From Bacillota bacterium (lineage in GTDB: Bacteria > Bacillota > Clostridia > Lachnospirales > Lachnospiraceae): 64,000 nt of DNA. This document shows positions 27,504 to 36,894 of the stretch, in pieces. Position numbers and translations under genes: made by a program. The DNA is taken from positions 22,109 to 86,108 of the forward strand of contig JAEWSD010000210.1 in assembly GCA_023398615.1 (NCBI GenBank), in the 5' to 3' direction. How positions within the stretch are numbered: the stretch's first letter is position 1; every line of letters starts with the position of its first letter. The notes under the pieces are model-generated. The model was not told the origin of the DNA. It saw nothing but the letters and a program-made list of their open reading frames with translations, and ran no database searches.

Positions 27504-27605
27504 AGGTTATGTACCGTAAGGCCGAACGGTTACGAATAAAGTTATATTCATAACCTCATATACTTTGTAATAAAATAAAGCAATAAGATATATGAAGGTT
27601 TCGGT

Positions 27606-29555
27606 ATGGCAAGAAATAAAACCTTTAATCGGCGTAATATTCTTATCGTAGTAATGGTAGTCCTTTTTGCGGCAATAGGGCTAACGACCAGGCTGGGATA
27701 TCTGATGATTGCAAAGTCGGCGGAATATGCCAGGAAGGCGCAGGAACTGCATGAAAGGGAGCGTGCGATTAAAGCGGAAAGAGGTACCATATACGACAGA
27801 AACGGTATCGCGATCGCTACCAATAAACCCGTTTGTACCATTTCTGTTATTCACAGTCAGATAACGGATCCGGAAAGAGTAATACAGGTACTTTCGGATG
27901 AACTTGGAATCGGTGAGGATAAGATTAGGAAAAGAGTAGAAAAGAATTCTTCCATCGAGCGGATCAAATCCAATGTGGATAAGGACCTGGCAGATAAAAT
28001 CCGTGGGTATGACTTAAACGGTGTCATGGTAGATGAGGATTACAAGAGATATTATCCCTACGAAAGCCTGGCTTCCAAGGTAATTGGTTTTACAGGAAGT
28101 GACAATCAGGGAATCATCGGGTTAGAGGTTGAGTACGAGGAATTTCTGAAAGGGATAGACGGAACCATATTAACACTTACCACCGCATACGGTGTCGAGA
28201 TAGAGAACGCCGCTGAGGACCGGATCGAACCTCAGCCCGGAAAAAATCTGTATACCAGCATTGATGTTAACATACAGAAATATGCGGAGCAGGCCGCAAA
28301 GAAAATCCTTGAAGCCAAGCATGCCAACAATGTAAAGCTGGTGATAATGAATCCGCAGAACGGGGAGATTTACGCAATGGTCAATGTACCGGAATTCGAT
28401 TTGAACGATCCCTACCGGCTGACGGATAACATGACGCAGGGAATTGATGTAGGCTCCCTGAATGAGAAACAGAAAAATGACCTCCTGAATAATATGTGGA
28501 GAAATGCCTGCATCAGCGATACCTATGAACCGGGTTCCGCTTTTAAGATTGTAACCGCTACCGCAGCCCTGGAGGAAGGAGTTGTAAAATTAAACGACAC
28601 CTTTCACTGTCCCGGCTTTAAGGTTGTGGAAGACCGCCGGATTCGCTGCCATAAGGCCGGCGGACATGGCAGCGAGACGTTTGTGGAAGGAATTAAGAAT
28701 TCCTGCAACCCCGTATTTATGGAGATCGGTGCAAGAGTCGGAATCACGAACATGTATAAATATTTCAACAGGCTGGGGCTTTTCCGGAAGACAGGTATTG
28801 ACCTGCCGGGCGAAGCAAGATCCATCATGCATAAGGCTGAAAATGTCGGAGCGGTGGAATTGGCGACAATTTCCTTCGGACAGTCCTTTCAGATTACACC
28901 TTTGCAGCTCTTAACCGCGGCAAGCGCAGTGGTTAACGGAGGAAGGATTGTTACCCCGCATTTTGGTGTCGAGATCCGGAATCCTGACGGGACCATAGTA
29001 AAAACGATTCAATATCCCGGTGAAACCGGTGTGATATCAAAGGAAACCTCTGAGACAATGAAAGCGCTTCTGGAAGCAGTAGTGGCGGACGGTACCGGTA
29101 AGAGGGCATACTTACCCGGCTTTAAGGTCGGCGGGAAAACGGCAACTTCCGAAAAGCTGCCGAGAAGCAGCAACAAATACATATCGTCCTTTCTCGGATT
29201 TGCACCTGCCGATGATCCTCAGGTAATTGCGGTTGTCCTGATTGATGAGCCGGTAGGGATCTATTACGGCGGAACCATTGCGGCACCGGTGGTCGCAGAG
29301 GTATTCGACAACATACTGCCTTACATGGGCATTGAGGAGAAGTATACGGAGGCTGAGATGGAGACCTATCATATAGGAACCCTCGAAACACCTAATTTCG
29401 TCGGTATGGATATAAAAGAAGTAAAGAAACTGCTGAAGGCAAATGATTTCGGAGAGATCTATTATCTGGGTGAAGGGGATACCGTAACCGAACAGTTCCC
29501 TTTGGCCGGCGAGATGGTCGATCGAAATAGTGACTTGATTCTATACCTGGAATAG
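27606..29555 (+). CDS. Class B penicillin-binding protein with C-terminal PASTA domain (SpoVD-like)
   Basis: SxxK (GSAFKI), SxN (NSCNP), and KTA in place of KTG (GGKTATSEK). One PASTA-like C-terminal repeat (TPNFVGMDIKEVKKLL...). Confidence 0.88.
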   Translation: MARNKTFNRRNILIVVMVVLFAAIGLTTRLGYLMIAKSAEYARKAQELHERERAIKAERGTIYDRNGIAIATNKPVCTISVIHSQITDPERVIQVLSDELGIGEDKIRKRVEKNSSIERIKSNVDKDLADKIRGYDLNGVMVDEDYKRYYPYESLASKVIGFTGSDNQGIIGLEVEYEEFLKGIDGTILTLTTAYGVEIENAAEDRIEPQPGKNLYTSIDVNIQKYAEQAAKKILEAKHANNVKLVIMNPQNGEIYAMVNVPEFDLNDPYRLTDNMTQGIDVGSLNEKQKNDLLNNMWRNACISDTYEPGSAFKIVTATAALEEGVVKLNDTFHCPGFKVVEDRRIRCHKAGGHGSETFVEGIKNSCNPVFMEIGARVGITNMYKYFNRLGLFRKTGIDLPGEARSIMHKAENVGAVELATISFGQSFQITPLQLLTAASAVVNGGRIVTPHFGVEIRNPDGTIVKTIQYPGETGVISKETSETMKALLEAVVADGTGKRAYLPGFKVGGKTATSEKLPRSSNKYISSFLGFAPADDPQVIAVVLIDEPVGIYYGGTIAAPVVAEVFDNILPYMGIEEKYTEAEMETYHIGTLETPNFVGMDIKEVKKLLKANDFGEIYYLGEGDTVTEQFPLAGEMVDRNSDLILYLE

Positions 29556-29618
29556 CATATAATATTGTTTGGTTTTACGGAAGAATTTATATGAGGATTC
29601 ACTTGGGAGGAAAGAAAC

Positions 29619-30587
29619 ATGGATTTTAAAATATTAATGCCGGTTTTGATATCATTTGCTGTTAGCGTAATACTTTGCCCGGTCATGATACCGTTTTTGA
29701 AGAAGCTTAAGTTTGGGCAGTTTGTACGTGATGACGGGCCGGAAAGTCACCTGAAGAAAACCGGTACACCGACAATGGGCGGAATTATCATTTTATTAAG
29801 CATTATTCTTACTTCCCTGTTATATATCGGAAAGAATCAGGATATCATTCCTGTGTTGTTTGCGACGGCCGGCTTCGGTCTGATCGGTTTCATGGACGAT
29901 TACATAAAGGTGGTCATGAAACGGTCCCTGGGACTAAAAGCCTGGCAGAAGCTGATAGGACAGATTCTTGTAACTGCAATCTTTGGTTACTATCTTGTGA
30001 ACTATACGGATGTGGGCACCTCCGTTTTAATCCCCTTTACCGGCGGGTTTGCGGACGGAGTCTATTGGGATACCTCGTTCCTGTTTGTTCCGATGCTGTT
30101 TATGGTAGTACTCGGAACGGTTAACGGAGCCAACTTTACGGACGGACTGGATGGCCTGGCAACAAGTGTCACCTTGTTGATAGCTACCTTCTTTTCTGTG
30201 GTGGCAATCGGCACCGGAAGCGGGATATCTCCGATAACCTGTGCGGTGGCGGGAAGCCTTTTAGGTTTCCTGGTATTTAATATTTATCCGGCCAGAGTAT
30301 TCATGGGGGATACGGGCTCGTTAGCCTTGGGCGGTTTCGTGGTTGCTTCCGCCTATATGCTCCGTATGCCGTTCTTCATACTGATTGTCGGATTGATTTA
30401 CCTGGTAGAAGTACTGTCTGTTATGATCCAGGTCGGCTATTTTAAGCTGTCGGGCGGTAAAAGGGTTTTTAAGATGGCTCCGATCCATCATCATTTTGAA
30501 CTGAGCGGCTGGCCGGAAACAAGGGTAGTTGCAGTATTTTCAATAATAACCGCGGTGCTTTGTCTGGTTGCGTTGATGGGCATATAG
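29619..30587 (+). CDS. mraY: Phospho-N-acetylmuramoyl-pentapeptide transferase
   Basis: Multi-TM protein with GTPTMGG, DDYIKV, NGANFTDGLDGLA and MGDTGSLALGG motifs. Confidence 0.95.
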   Translation: MDFKILMPVLISFAVSVILCPVMIPFLKKLKFGQFVRDDGPESHLKKTGTPTMGGIIILLSIILTSLLYIGKNQDIIPVLFATAGFGLIGFMDDYIKVVMKRSLGLKAWQKLIGQILVTAIFGYYLVNYTDVGTSVLIPFTGGFADGVYWDTSFLFVPMLFMVVLGTVNGANFTDGLDGLATSVTLLIATFFSVVAIGTGSGISPITCAVAGSLLGFLVFNIYPARVFMGDTGSLALGGFVVASAYMLRMPFFILIVGLIYLVEVLSVMIQVGYFKLSGGKRVFKMAPIHHHFELSGWPETRVVAVFSIITAVLCLVALMGI

Positions 30588-30624
30588 ATTCGGATGAAAA
30601 TGTAGAAAGGCACAGGTAAAGGAT

Positions 30625-31989
30625 ATGGGATTGGAACACAAGAGGGTTTTAGTATTCGGCACCGGTATCAGTGGTATTGCTGCAGCAAAGCTGCTGCATC
30701 AGGTGGCGGCGGATATCATTCTTTATGACGGAAACGAGGCTCTGGAGGAAAAAGATATCCGGGCGAAATTGCCGGGAGATTTTAAAGGAAGTATCCGGCT
30801 TGGAAGCCTCCCGGAAGAAATCATCGGAACTCTTGACCTGACGGTCTTAAGTCCCGGAGTACCGACCGATTTGGATATTGTAAATAAGCTAAGGGACAAT
30901 CAGATACCCATTTGGGGCGAGATAGAACTGGCTTACTGCTTCTCGAAAGGAAAAATTGCCGCAATTACCGGAACAAACGGCAAGACAACTACGACAACCT
31001 TAGTCGGTGAGATCATGAAAACCTTTTATGACAGCGTATTTGTGGTGGGCAATATCGGGGTCCCCTATACAGGGACGGTTCTTGAAACTTCGGAGGAATC
31101 CGTTACCGTAGCGGAGATGAGCAGCTTCCAGTTGGAAACGATCCATTCCTTTAAGCCGGATGTCAGTGCAATACTAAACATTACGCCGGATCATTTAAAC
31201 CGTCATCATACTATGGAGAACTATATTGCGGCAAAAGTCAATATAACCCGTAACCAGGGCAAGGATGACGTATGTGTTCTGAACTATGAGGATACCGTGT
31301 TAAGGGAGATCGGAGGCAAGCTGGCGGCAAAGGTATTTTACTTCAGCAGTCTGCATAAGCTTGAAGAGGGCATCTATCTGGATGAGGATAGGATCATTTA
31401 CAGAAATGAACATGAAAAGACTTTGATCTGCAGTATAGAAGAATTAAATATATTCGGCAGGCACAGCTACGAAAACGTAATGGCTGCCGTTGCAATGGCT
31501 ATTTCTCTTAAAGTGCCTTTGGACTGTATCCGAAAGGCAGTCACAAGCTTTGTGGCGGTGGAACACCGGATAGAATTTGTAACCACCAAGAATGGCGTAA
31601 AATATTATAATGACTCGAAAGGTACAAACCCGGATGCCTCGATGAAGGCCATCGAATCCATGCCGACTCCTACCCTGTTAATAGCGGGAGGCTATGATAA
31701 GGGCTCAGAATATGATGAGTGGCTTGAAGCGTTCGGAGGCAAAATCAGATGCCTGGTTCTGCTTGGACAGACGCGGGAGAAAATTGCTGCTGCTGCAAGA
31801 CGGCATGGCTTTGAAAATATTATTATGGCAGACAGCTTATCGGAAGCGGTAGAAGTATGCGCCGCAAAGGCAAACCGCGGTGATTCCGTACTGTTGTCGC
31901 CTGCCTGTGCCAGCTGGGGCATGTTCAAAAATTATGAAGAACGCGGAAGATTATTCAAGGAATATGTTAGAAATCTAGAGGACAATTAA
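30625..31989 (+). CDS. murD: UDP-MurNAc-L-alanine:D-glutamate ligase
   Basis: Rossmann N-terminus VFGTGISG, P-loop ITGTNGKTTTT, and NDSKGTNP. Confidence 0.95.
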   Translation: MGLEHKRVLVFGTGISGIAAAKLLHQVAADIILYDGNEALEEKDIRAKLPGDFKGSIRLGSLPEEIIGTLDLTVLSPGVPTDLDIVNKLRDNQIPIWGEIELAYCFSKGKIAAITGTNGKTTTTTLVGEIMKTFYDSVFVVGNIGVPYTGTVLETSEESVTVAEMSSFQLETIHSFKPDVSAILNITPDHLNRHHTMENYIAAKVNITRNQGKDDVCVLNYEDTVLREIGGKLAAKVFYFSSLHKLEEGIYLDEDRIIYRNEHEKTLICSIEELNIFGRHSYENVMAAVAMAISLKVPLDCIRKAVTSFVAVEHRIEFVTTKNGVKYYNDSKGTNPDASMKAIESMPTPTLLIAGGYDKGSEYDEWLEAFGGKIRCLVLLGQTREKIAAAARRHGFENIIMADSLSEAVEVCAAKANRGDSVLLSPACASWGMFKNYEERGRLFKEYVRNLEDN

Positions 31990-32003
31990 GGTGGGGACAT
32001 TTC

Positions 32004-33149
32004 ATGGCGAGAGCAGACAGGGAACAGGAGAAAACCAGAAAACTTCATAGCTATTACGATTACAGCTTACTGTTCTTAACACTCTTTTTGGTTTGTTTCG
32101 GACTGGTAATGATCTATAGCACCAGCTCGTACAACGCAAGCAGAGATATCGGCAATCCCGCCTATTACCTGGAGAAACAAGCTGCTTCCGCGCTCCTTGG
32201 CATCGTGGTCATGTTAATTGTTTCAAAGATTGATTACCGTATCTATATCAATAAATTTCCGGTAATTAAGATCCGGCCGGTTTTTTTGCTCTATCTGCTT
32301 TGCATCGCATTGCAGATCTGCGTACTGATATTCGGAAAAGAAATAAACGGCTCGAAGCGGTGGATCGATCTGGGGCCTCTGGGAGGTTTTCAGCCGTCGG
32401 AGCTGTCAAAGATAGCCGTTATCATGTTTACGGCCTACATAGTAAATATAGCCCCCAGACGTTTGGATAAATTCCGAGGTTTTATCAGAGTTGCAGTTTT
32501 TATAGCTCCCCTTATCGTACTGGTACTGATACCCAACTTCAGCACCGCGCTGATTATGGCGGCTGTCCTTATCGGCATTTGCTTTGTCGCAAGCAGGAAA
32601 AAGTTATATTTCATTGTTTCCGCGCTCTTTGGCGCTGCCATAGGTGCCGCTTTCATATTCGGGGTCAGCTACCGCAGCGAGAGGATTGATGTATGGCTTA
32701 ACGTGGAAACCCATCCGAAGGGGTACCAGATATTACAGGGTCTCTATGCGATTGCTTCCGGCGGTGTTTTTGGAAAAGGCCTCGGGGAAAGCATGCAGAA
32801 ATTAGGGTTTATACCGGAATCACATAATGATATGATATTCTCGGTTATTTGTGAGGAATTGGGGCTGTTCGGTGCGGTTGCCGTAATCCTGCTGTTCGTT
32901 TTAATGATATGGAGACTGTTTGTGATTGCGATTAACGCGCCGGACCTGTATGGTGGGTTGATTGCCACAGGTGTTCTGGCACATTTGTCGGTGCAGGTGC
33001 TGCTTAACATAGCAGTGGTAACCAATACGATCCCTTCCACCGGCATTCCGCTGCCTTTCATCAGCTATGGAGGCAGTTCACTTGTGGTTTTGCTTTTTGA
33101 GATGGGAATTGCACTAAGTGTTTCCAACCAGATTAAATATGAAAGATAG
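32004..33149 (+). CDS. ftsW: SEDS-family peptidoglycan polymerase FtsW/SpoVE
   Basis: Ten-TM-like profile with FQPSELSK, PESHNDMIFSVI.EELG and PFISYGGSS motifs. Confidence 0.9.
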   Translation: MARADREQEKTRKLHSYYDYSLLFLTLFLVCFGLVMIYSTSSYNASRDIGNPAYYLEKQAASALLGIVVMLIVSKIDYRIYINKFPVIKIRPVFLLYLLCIALQICVLIFGKEINGSKRWIDLGPLGGFQPSELSKIAVIMFTAYIVNIAPRRLDKFRGFIRVAVFIAPLIVLVLIPNFSTALIMAAVLIGICFVASRKKLYFIVSALFGAAIGAAFIFGVSYRSERIDVWLNVETHPKGYQILQGLYAIASGGVFGKGLGESMQKLGFIPESHNDMIFSVICEELGLFGAVAVILLFVLMIWRLFVIAINAPDLYGGLIATGVLAHLSVQVLLNIAVVTNTIPSTGIPLPFISYGGSSLVVLLFEMGIALSVSNQIKYER

Positions 33150-33236
33150 GTATAAGCTTTTGCCAAATCAGCTACAGGCACAAAACAAAGAATATGTCAT
33201 ATAGTATTACTATATTCAAGTTTCTTGAGGTGCACC

Positions 33237-34490
33237 ATGGCATATTTAGAAATTGCTGGAGGAAAGCAGCTGATTGGAGAAGTTAACATACAAGGTTCAA
33301 AAAATGCAGTACTACCAATTTTGGCAGCAACCGTATTAATAAATGGAATTGCAAAGATAAATAAATGCCCCAAAATATTGGATGTTTACCACATGATTAA
33401 AATTTTGGAGGCAATCGGTTGTGTTGTGGTATGGGAAGGTTCCTCCCTTATTGTTGATACCACAAAGCTTAATACATCGACGGTACCGGAAAAGCTGGTA
33501 AAGAAAATGAGGTCTTCCATTATTTTAATGGGTGCTTTGTTAGGCCGGACACATACCGTAACCATAACTTATCCCGGAGGCTGTACAATAGGTGCAAGAC
33601 CGATTGACTATCATTTAAATGCTTTTCGAAAAATGAATATCTCATTGGATGAAAAGGATGGACAAATTTATTGTACAACTGCCGGCATTAAGGGAACCGA
33701 TATCTTTTTGGAATTCCCGAGCGTTGGTGCTACGGAAAATACGATACTTGCGGCAGTTCTGGCATCCGGCAGAACAAGGATACTGAATGCGGCCAGAGAA
33801 CCTGAAATCATTGAATTATGTAAATTCCTGAATACGGCAGGAGCCGAAATCGCAGGGGCCGGGACGGATAAGATCGAGATCGAAGGAGTCGATTCCTTAT
33901 TTAATGTGGAATATACGACAAATTCCGATAGGATAGTGGCGGGCACCTATTTGGCCGCGGTAGCAGGAACCGGAGGAGAAGCCGTATTAAAAGGAATCGG
34001 ATGCGGGTATCTGCAAAGTGTAATCCAGATTTTACGGGAAATGGGCTGTCATATCATATGCGGGGAAGATTACATTATCATATCCTCCTCGGGAGAATTA
34101 AAAGCGGTGCCGTTTATCCGGACAATGCCATATCCGGGATTTCCGACGGATATGCAGTCGCAGATCATGTCCGTGCTGATGAAGGCTTCCGGAACCAGCA
34201 AAATTGCGGAGGAAATATTTGAGGGCAGATATCAGAATGTTCCGGAGCAGATGAAATTCGGAGCCGATATCCGGATCAACGGAAGAGAAGCAGTCGTTAA
34301 CGGGGTATCAAAATTGCAGGGATGTGAAGTCTGTGCCAGTGAATTACGGGGTGGTGCCGCCCTTGTTATCTCCGGATTAATGGCCGAAGGGAAAACGATA
34401 ATATATAACCCTAATTTTATTGAAAGAGGATACGAAGATATCTGCAGGGATTTACAAAGTCTGAATGCGGATATCCGGTATATCTCCTGA
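33237..34490 (+). CDS. murA: UDP-N-acetylglucosamine 1-carboxyvinyltransferase
   Basis: GSKNAVLPILAA and the active-site loop PGGCTIGARPID with Cys present. GAGGTG RBS before the ATG at 33237. Confidence 0.95.
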   Translation: MAYLEIAGGKQLIGEVNIQGSKNAVLPILAATVLINGIAKINKCPKILDVYHMIKILEAIGCVVVWEGSSLIVDTTKLNTSTVPEKLVKKMRSSIILMGALLGRTHTVTITYPGGCTIGARPIDYHLNAFRKMNISLDEKDGQIYCTTAGIKGTDIFLEFPSVGATENTILAAVLASGRTRILNAAREPEIIELCKFLNTAGAEIAGAGTDKIEIEGVDSLFNVEYTTNSDRIVAGTYLAAVAGTGGEAVLKGIGCGYLQSVIQILREMGCHIICGEDYIIISSSGELKAVPFIRTMPYPGFPTDMQSQIMSVLMKASGTSKIAEEIFEGRYQNVPEQMKFGADIRINGREAVVNGVSKLQGCEVCASELRGGAALVISGLMAEGKTIIYNPNFIERGYEDICRDLQSLNADIRYIS

Positions 34491-34539
34491 CGGGACAAAA
34501 GCAGAAATAACGCCGGTTATGGAAAGGCATGGGAAGAGT

Positions 34540-35286
34540 ATGAGGGAAACGAGACAAAAAAATCATAACAGCGGAATCCTTTCAAGCTTCGTCAAACTGA
34601 TTACCTTTTGCCTCGTTCTTGTTATTCTTATATTAGTCCTGTTTATAAGCTGCAGACTTGAGAATATAACGGTGGTGGGAAGCAGTCATTATTCCGCGGA
34701 GGAGCTGGAAGACAAAGTTATCACAAAAAAGACGGATAGAAATGCGGTTTTGCTTTATCTGCGCTATAAATATGGTAACTTTGACAGCATTCCGTTCGTT
34801 GAGGATGTTGATATCGAGCTTGTAAACAGAAACTCTGTAAGAATTCATGTTTACGAAAAGACGATAACCGGATGCATCGAATGTATGGGCAATTATATGT
34901 ATTTTGATAAGGACGGTATTATCGTCGAAAGCTCCGATGAAAAATTGGACGGAGTTCCCTTTGTTACCGGGCTGGAATTTGACAAAATGGTTTTGTATGA
35001 GAAGCTTGTGGTTCAGAAGAAAACTTTATTTGACGTTATTCTTAACATTACTCAACTAATCAAAAAGTACGATTTGGAGATTGAAACGATACAATTTAAT
35101 CTGGATTTGGAGGTAATATTATATTGCGGTGATGTAAAAGTTTTATTAGGAAAAAGGACAACCTATGATGAACAGATTGCTGAACTTAAGAACCTGCTTC
35201 CAAGTGCAAAAGGCAAGAAAATAGTGCTGGATATGACAGATTTTGCATATGGAAAGGACAGGATTATAGCGAAACCTCTGGATTAA
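34540..35286 (+). CDS. ftsQ: FtsQ/DivIB-type cell division protein (POTRA domain)
   Basis: Basic N-terminus, one TM segment, then a POTRA-like region (ITVVGSSHYSAEEL...). The start is ambiguous: ATGs at 34465, 34519 and 34540 share the frame. Confidence 0.7.
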   Translation: MRETRQKNHNSGILSSFVKLITFCLVLVILILVLFISCRLENITVVGSSHYSAEELEDKVITKKTDRNAVLLYLRYKYGNFDSIPFVEDVDIELVNRNSVRIHVYEKTITGCIECMGNYMYFDKDGIIVESSDEKLDGVPFVTGLEFDKMVLYEKLVVQKKTLFDVILNITQLIKKYDLEIETIQFNLDLEVILYCGDVKVLLGKRTTYDEQIAELKNLLPSAKGKKIVLDMTDFAYGKDRIIAKPLD

Positions 35287-35304
35287 AAAAATATTAATTT
35301 AGGG

Positions 35305-35333
35305 TTGATTATTTTTACAATAAAAGATATTAT
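35305..35333 (+). promoter_or_regulatory. Candidate sigma-A promoter upstream of ftsZ (distal)
   Basis: TTGATT (35305-35310), 17 nt, TATTAT (35328-35333). Confidence 0.4.
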
Positions 35334-35366
35334 ATAAGATAGAATAAATGAATAGACTGGATTAAT

Positions 35367-35374
35367 TGTATAAT
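35367..35374 (+). promoter_or_regulatory. Candidate extended -10 element upstream of ftsZ (proximal)
   Basis: TGTATAAT at 35367-35374 (TG directly abutting TATAAT, not the canonical TGnTATAAT spacing); no clear -35. Confidence 0.35.
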
Positions 35375-35445
35375 GATGTCGATAATTAGAATAATAAGTA
35401 TTTAAAATAAGTGAAAAAGTTTAGTATAGTGAAGGAGGAAGTACC

Positions 35446-36669
35446 TTGCTTGAAATAAGGACTAATGAAGCTGATTCAACTGCAAAAATACTTGTAATTG
35501 GAGTTGGCGGTGCAGGGAATAATGCTGTAAATAGAATGATAGAAGAAAATATTATTGGTGTGGATTTTATCTGCGTGAATACGGACAAGCAGCATTTAAA
35601 GACATGTAAAGCACCTCAATGCATACAGATAGGCGAGAAGCTGACCAAAGGGCTCGGAGCGGGTGCTCAGCCTGAGATCGGTGCACAGGCAGCGGAAGAA
35701 AGCAGGGAAGAGCTTACGGATGTTATCAAGGGTTCCGATATGGTGTTTGTAACCTGCGGCATGGGAGGCGGAACCGGTACGGGTGCGGCCCCTGTGGTTG
35801 CGCAGATTGCAAAGGACATGGGTATCCTGACGGTCGGAATCGTAACCAAACCTTTCAAATTCGAAGCAAAAGCACGTATGAACAATGCGGTAAGCGGAAT
35901 AGAGAAGTTAAAGGAGCATGTAGATACCTTAATCGTTATTCCGAATGATAAACTGTTAGAGATCGTTGACAGAAGGACCACTATGCCGGATGCCTTAAGG
36001 AAAGCCGACGAGGTATTGCAGCAGGGCGTTCAGGGTATCACGGACCTGATCAATGTACCGGGCTTGATTAATCTGGATTTTGCCGATGTCCAGACCGTAA
36101 TGAAGGATAAGGGTGTTGCCCATATCGGAATCGGTATCGGCAAAGGGGATGACAAGTGTATCAATGCCGTTAACCAGGCAATTACAAGCCCGCTGTTGGA
36201 GACAACCATCAAAGGTGCTTCCCATGTCATCATCAATATATCCGGTGATATCAGCCTGATCGAAGCAAATGAAGCGGCAACTATGGTTCAGGAGCTTTCC
36301 GGCGATTCCGCCAATATTATATTTGGTGCGATGTATGATGATGCGACTCCGGACGAAGCTACTATTACAGTCATTGCAACCGGACTGGATGACAGGAATG
36401 CGGGAGCGAAAGAAAGCTCAAAGGCGCCGGGATTCTTAAAACCGGCCACGCAAAGACCGGATTACAGGTATCATAATCCTTTAAACAGTCCTTCCTACGA
36501 GAAAGCACAGGCACAGACCGCTGCGGCAAGCAGTACGGTCAATACGGCAAAACCTCCGACACATACCAATAACGGACCCGCTGCTTCCGGCAGTACGATA
36601 AGCGGGAATTCGGAACCGGCAGGAATTAAGATTCCTGAATTTCTACAGAAGAACCGTAACCATAAATAA
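35446..36669 (+). CDS. ftsZ: Cell division GTPase FtsZ
   Basis: [13 protein letters not shown] and the tubulin signature [11 protein letters not shown]. The C-terminal peptide is conserved (IKIPEFLQK). TTG start 6 nt after GAAGGAGGA. Confidence 0.95.
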   Translation: MLEIRTNEADSTAKILVIGVGGAGNNAVNRMIEENIIGVDFICVNTDKQHLKTCKAPQCIQIGEKLTKGLGAGAQPEIGAQAAEESREELTDVIKGSDMVFVTCGMGGGTGTGAAPVVAQIAKDMGILTVGIVTKPFKFEAKARMNNAVSGIEKLKEHVDTLIVIPNDKLLEIVDRRTTMPDALRKADEVLQQGVQGITDLINVPGLINLDFADVQTVMKDKGVAHIGIGIGKGDDKCINAVNQAITSPLLETTIKGASHVIINISGDISLIEANEAATMVQELSGDSANIIFGAMYDDATPDEATITVIATGLDDRNAGAKESSKAPGFLKPATQRPDYRYHNPLNSPSYEKAQAQTAAASSTVNTAKPPTHTNNGPAASGSTISGNSEPAGIKIPEFLQKNRNHK

Positions 36670-36686
36670 TATTTCCATTTATAATA

Positions 36687-36729
36687 AGCAGTCAGGGAAT
36701 TATTTTTAATTCGCCTGGCTGCTTTTTTC
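36687..36729 (+). terminator. Rho-independent terminator after ftsZ
   Basis: AGCAGTCAGG pairs with CCTGGCTGCT (one mismatch) and is followed by TTTTTT. Confidence 0.7.
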
Positions 36730-36841
36730 ACTAAACCTGACAAATTTTGTAAAAACAATACAGGTACCGGAAGTATGGAGGGGGTTTAACATTTATTTTG
36801 TAGGTATGAGTAAATGAAAAAGACAAAATAATTACCAGAAA

Positions 36842-36874
36842 ATGACAAACTATATGGAACAAAAAAGTTATAAT
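36842..36874 (+). promoter_or_regulatory. spoIIG-type promoter candidate with over-long spacer
   Basis: ATGACA (36842-36847), 21 nt, TATAAT (36869-36874). GACAAA-containing sequences recur upstream. Confidence 0.4.
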
Positions 36875-36894
36875 AGGTAAAGTAAATACAAGTT

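Noticed and set aside
27504-27605. Sigma-E-type promoter (GAATAAA ... CATATACT) upstream of the SpoVD-like PBP
   Set aside because: The -10 resembles CATACAnT. However, the best -35 candidate matches 5 of 7 positions at a 16-nt spacing, longer than the spacing of about 14 nt that I expect. This is too weak to report as a feature.
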